Virus record (IMG/VR): IMGVR_UViG_3300012013_000098
Span: 1 to 31,982 of that record
Origin: a virus
Direction: 5' to 3' (one strand)
Length of the DNA: 31,982 bases
The notes under the pieces are model-generated. The model worked only from the letters and a program-made list of their open reading frames with translations. It did not search any database and was not told the origin of the DNA. Of the stretch, positions 31,371 to 31,982 are shown piece after piece (position 1 is the first letter of the stretch; each line of letters opens with the position of its first letter). The position numbers were made by a program, and so were the translations under genes.

Positions 31371-31982
31371 TTAAACTGCTCTTTTGGTATCGAATGCTAT
31401 GATGTGGTCGCGGCCGGTCCAGCAGTATCCCATCTCGAGGGCCTTTTCAATTGATTTAGCATACTCGTGAATTAGAGTTTGGCGCGTATCTCCCGCCGGC
31501 ATTAACCAGGTTTTTGTTTTAGGTATACCCATGTCTTCTCGGAAGGTCTCTATTTCACGTAGTGTGGTAGGAGCCCCATCCCAGACTGGTTTAAAATGAT
31601 AATCCTTATGGAATAATAAGGTTTGTTTTATAGCGTCTAAATTTAACCGGTCCCTATTATGGGTTTGTATAAACTTCTCGTCCACTACATTTCCTTTGGG
31701 CGTTAGGATACCTAATTTAGGTATAGAGTTGGAAAACTTAGGCGATAATGAAATTAAATCTATAGGGTAATCTGTTTCTAGGAAGTGTGAACCTTCTGTC
31801 TCCATAGTAATAAAGATGTTCCTTTCCTGTGCGAAGTGGGTTAACTCGTTAACTAGTTCTGGGTGCATAGTTGGGGAGCCGCCGGTTAGCATCATTTCTG
31901 TGATGTGCGGGTGGGCGTCATACATGTCGATAATGTCCTGGAAGGTATATTTACCTTTTTCCGGGTGGATAGAAGTATACCA
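31371..31982 (-). CDS. queE: QueE, C-terminal part (N-terminus at 1-214 across the junction)
   Basis: The frame stays open upstream of the listed ATG 31925 through the window end. The sequence [13 protein letters not shown]...ETEGS is QueE-like (LTGGEP analogue). Confidence 0.8.
   Translation of the reverse strand, partial: WYTSIHPEKGKYTFQDIIDMYDAHPHITEMMLTGGSPTMHPELVNELTHFAQERNIFITMETEGSHFLETDYPIDLISLSPKFSNSIPKLGILTPKGNVVDEKFIQTHNRDRLNLDAIKQTLLFHKDYHFKPVWDGAPTTLREIETFREDMGIPKTKTWLMPAGDTRQTLIHEYAKSIEKALEMGYCWTGRDHIIAFDTKRAV
31928..31982. repeat. 55-bp terminal direct repeat identical to 1-55
   Basis: Base-by-base identity with the window start. Confidence 0.9.

Noticed and set aside
31928-31982. 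The 55-bp terminal repeat as a biological direct terminal repeat or cos region
   Set aside because: An exact 55-nt length, with an open reading frame running straight through it, is best explained by a k=55 assembly overlap of a circular contig. The true termini cannot be inferred from the sequence alone.

Overview
The window is a complete circular contig of a tailed dsDNA phage. The first 55 nt are identical to the last 55 nt, which looks like an assembly overlap. The unique length is therefore 31,927 bp, and queE is split across the junction (1-214 plus 31371-31982). Every convincing gene except one lies on the minus strand. Going down the minus strand from 4523 there is a translationally coupled operon: ParB-like protein, DpdA-like DNA transglycosylase, a second PTPS/T-fold protein, a 137-aa orphan, a SAM methyltransferase, a GT-B glycosyltransferase-like protein, QueD, QueE (wraps) and a Gpt-like PRTase::FolE fusion. 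The operon runs straight into terS and terL. After that come small cassette genes, an HNH endonuclease, large tail proteins, a tape-measure-like protein, an XkdF-type protease, scaffold and major capsid protein. These are followed by a tail-tube candidate, fibers, a GC-rich plus-strand GT9 glycosyltransferase-like gene, portal, and a regulatory block that includes a sigma-factor-like gene. A 488-bp repeat-rich non-coding region (4524-5011) closes the circle. I recognised no tRNA, rRNA, CRISPR, integrase, DNA polymerase, primase/helicase or lysis genes. Well-supported genes lack Shine-Dalgarno sequences and have A-rich leaders, which by inference suggests a Bacteroidota-type host. The main candidate for something new is the 7-deazaguanine DNA-modification operon. 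It has FolE, QueD, QueE and DpdA but no QueC anywhere in the genome, and it carries four extra coupled genes (glycosyltransferase-like, methyltransferase, second T-fold, orphan). It also has a ParB-like partner for DpdA and a purine-PRTase domain fused to FolE. Three recurrent promoter-like motif classes are also visible, two of them ending only 3-8 nt before start codons. All functional calls rest on motif recognition by eye and need HMM or structure searches to confirm.
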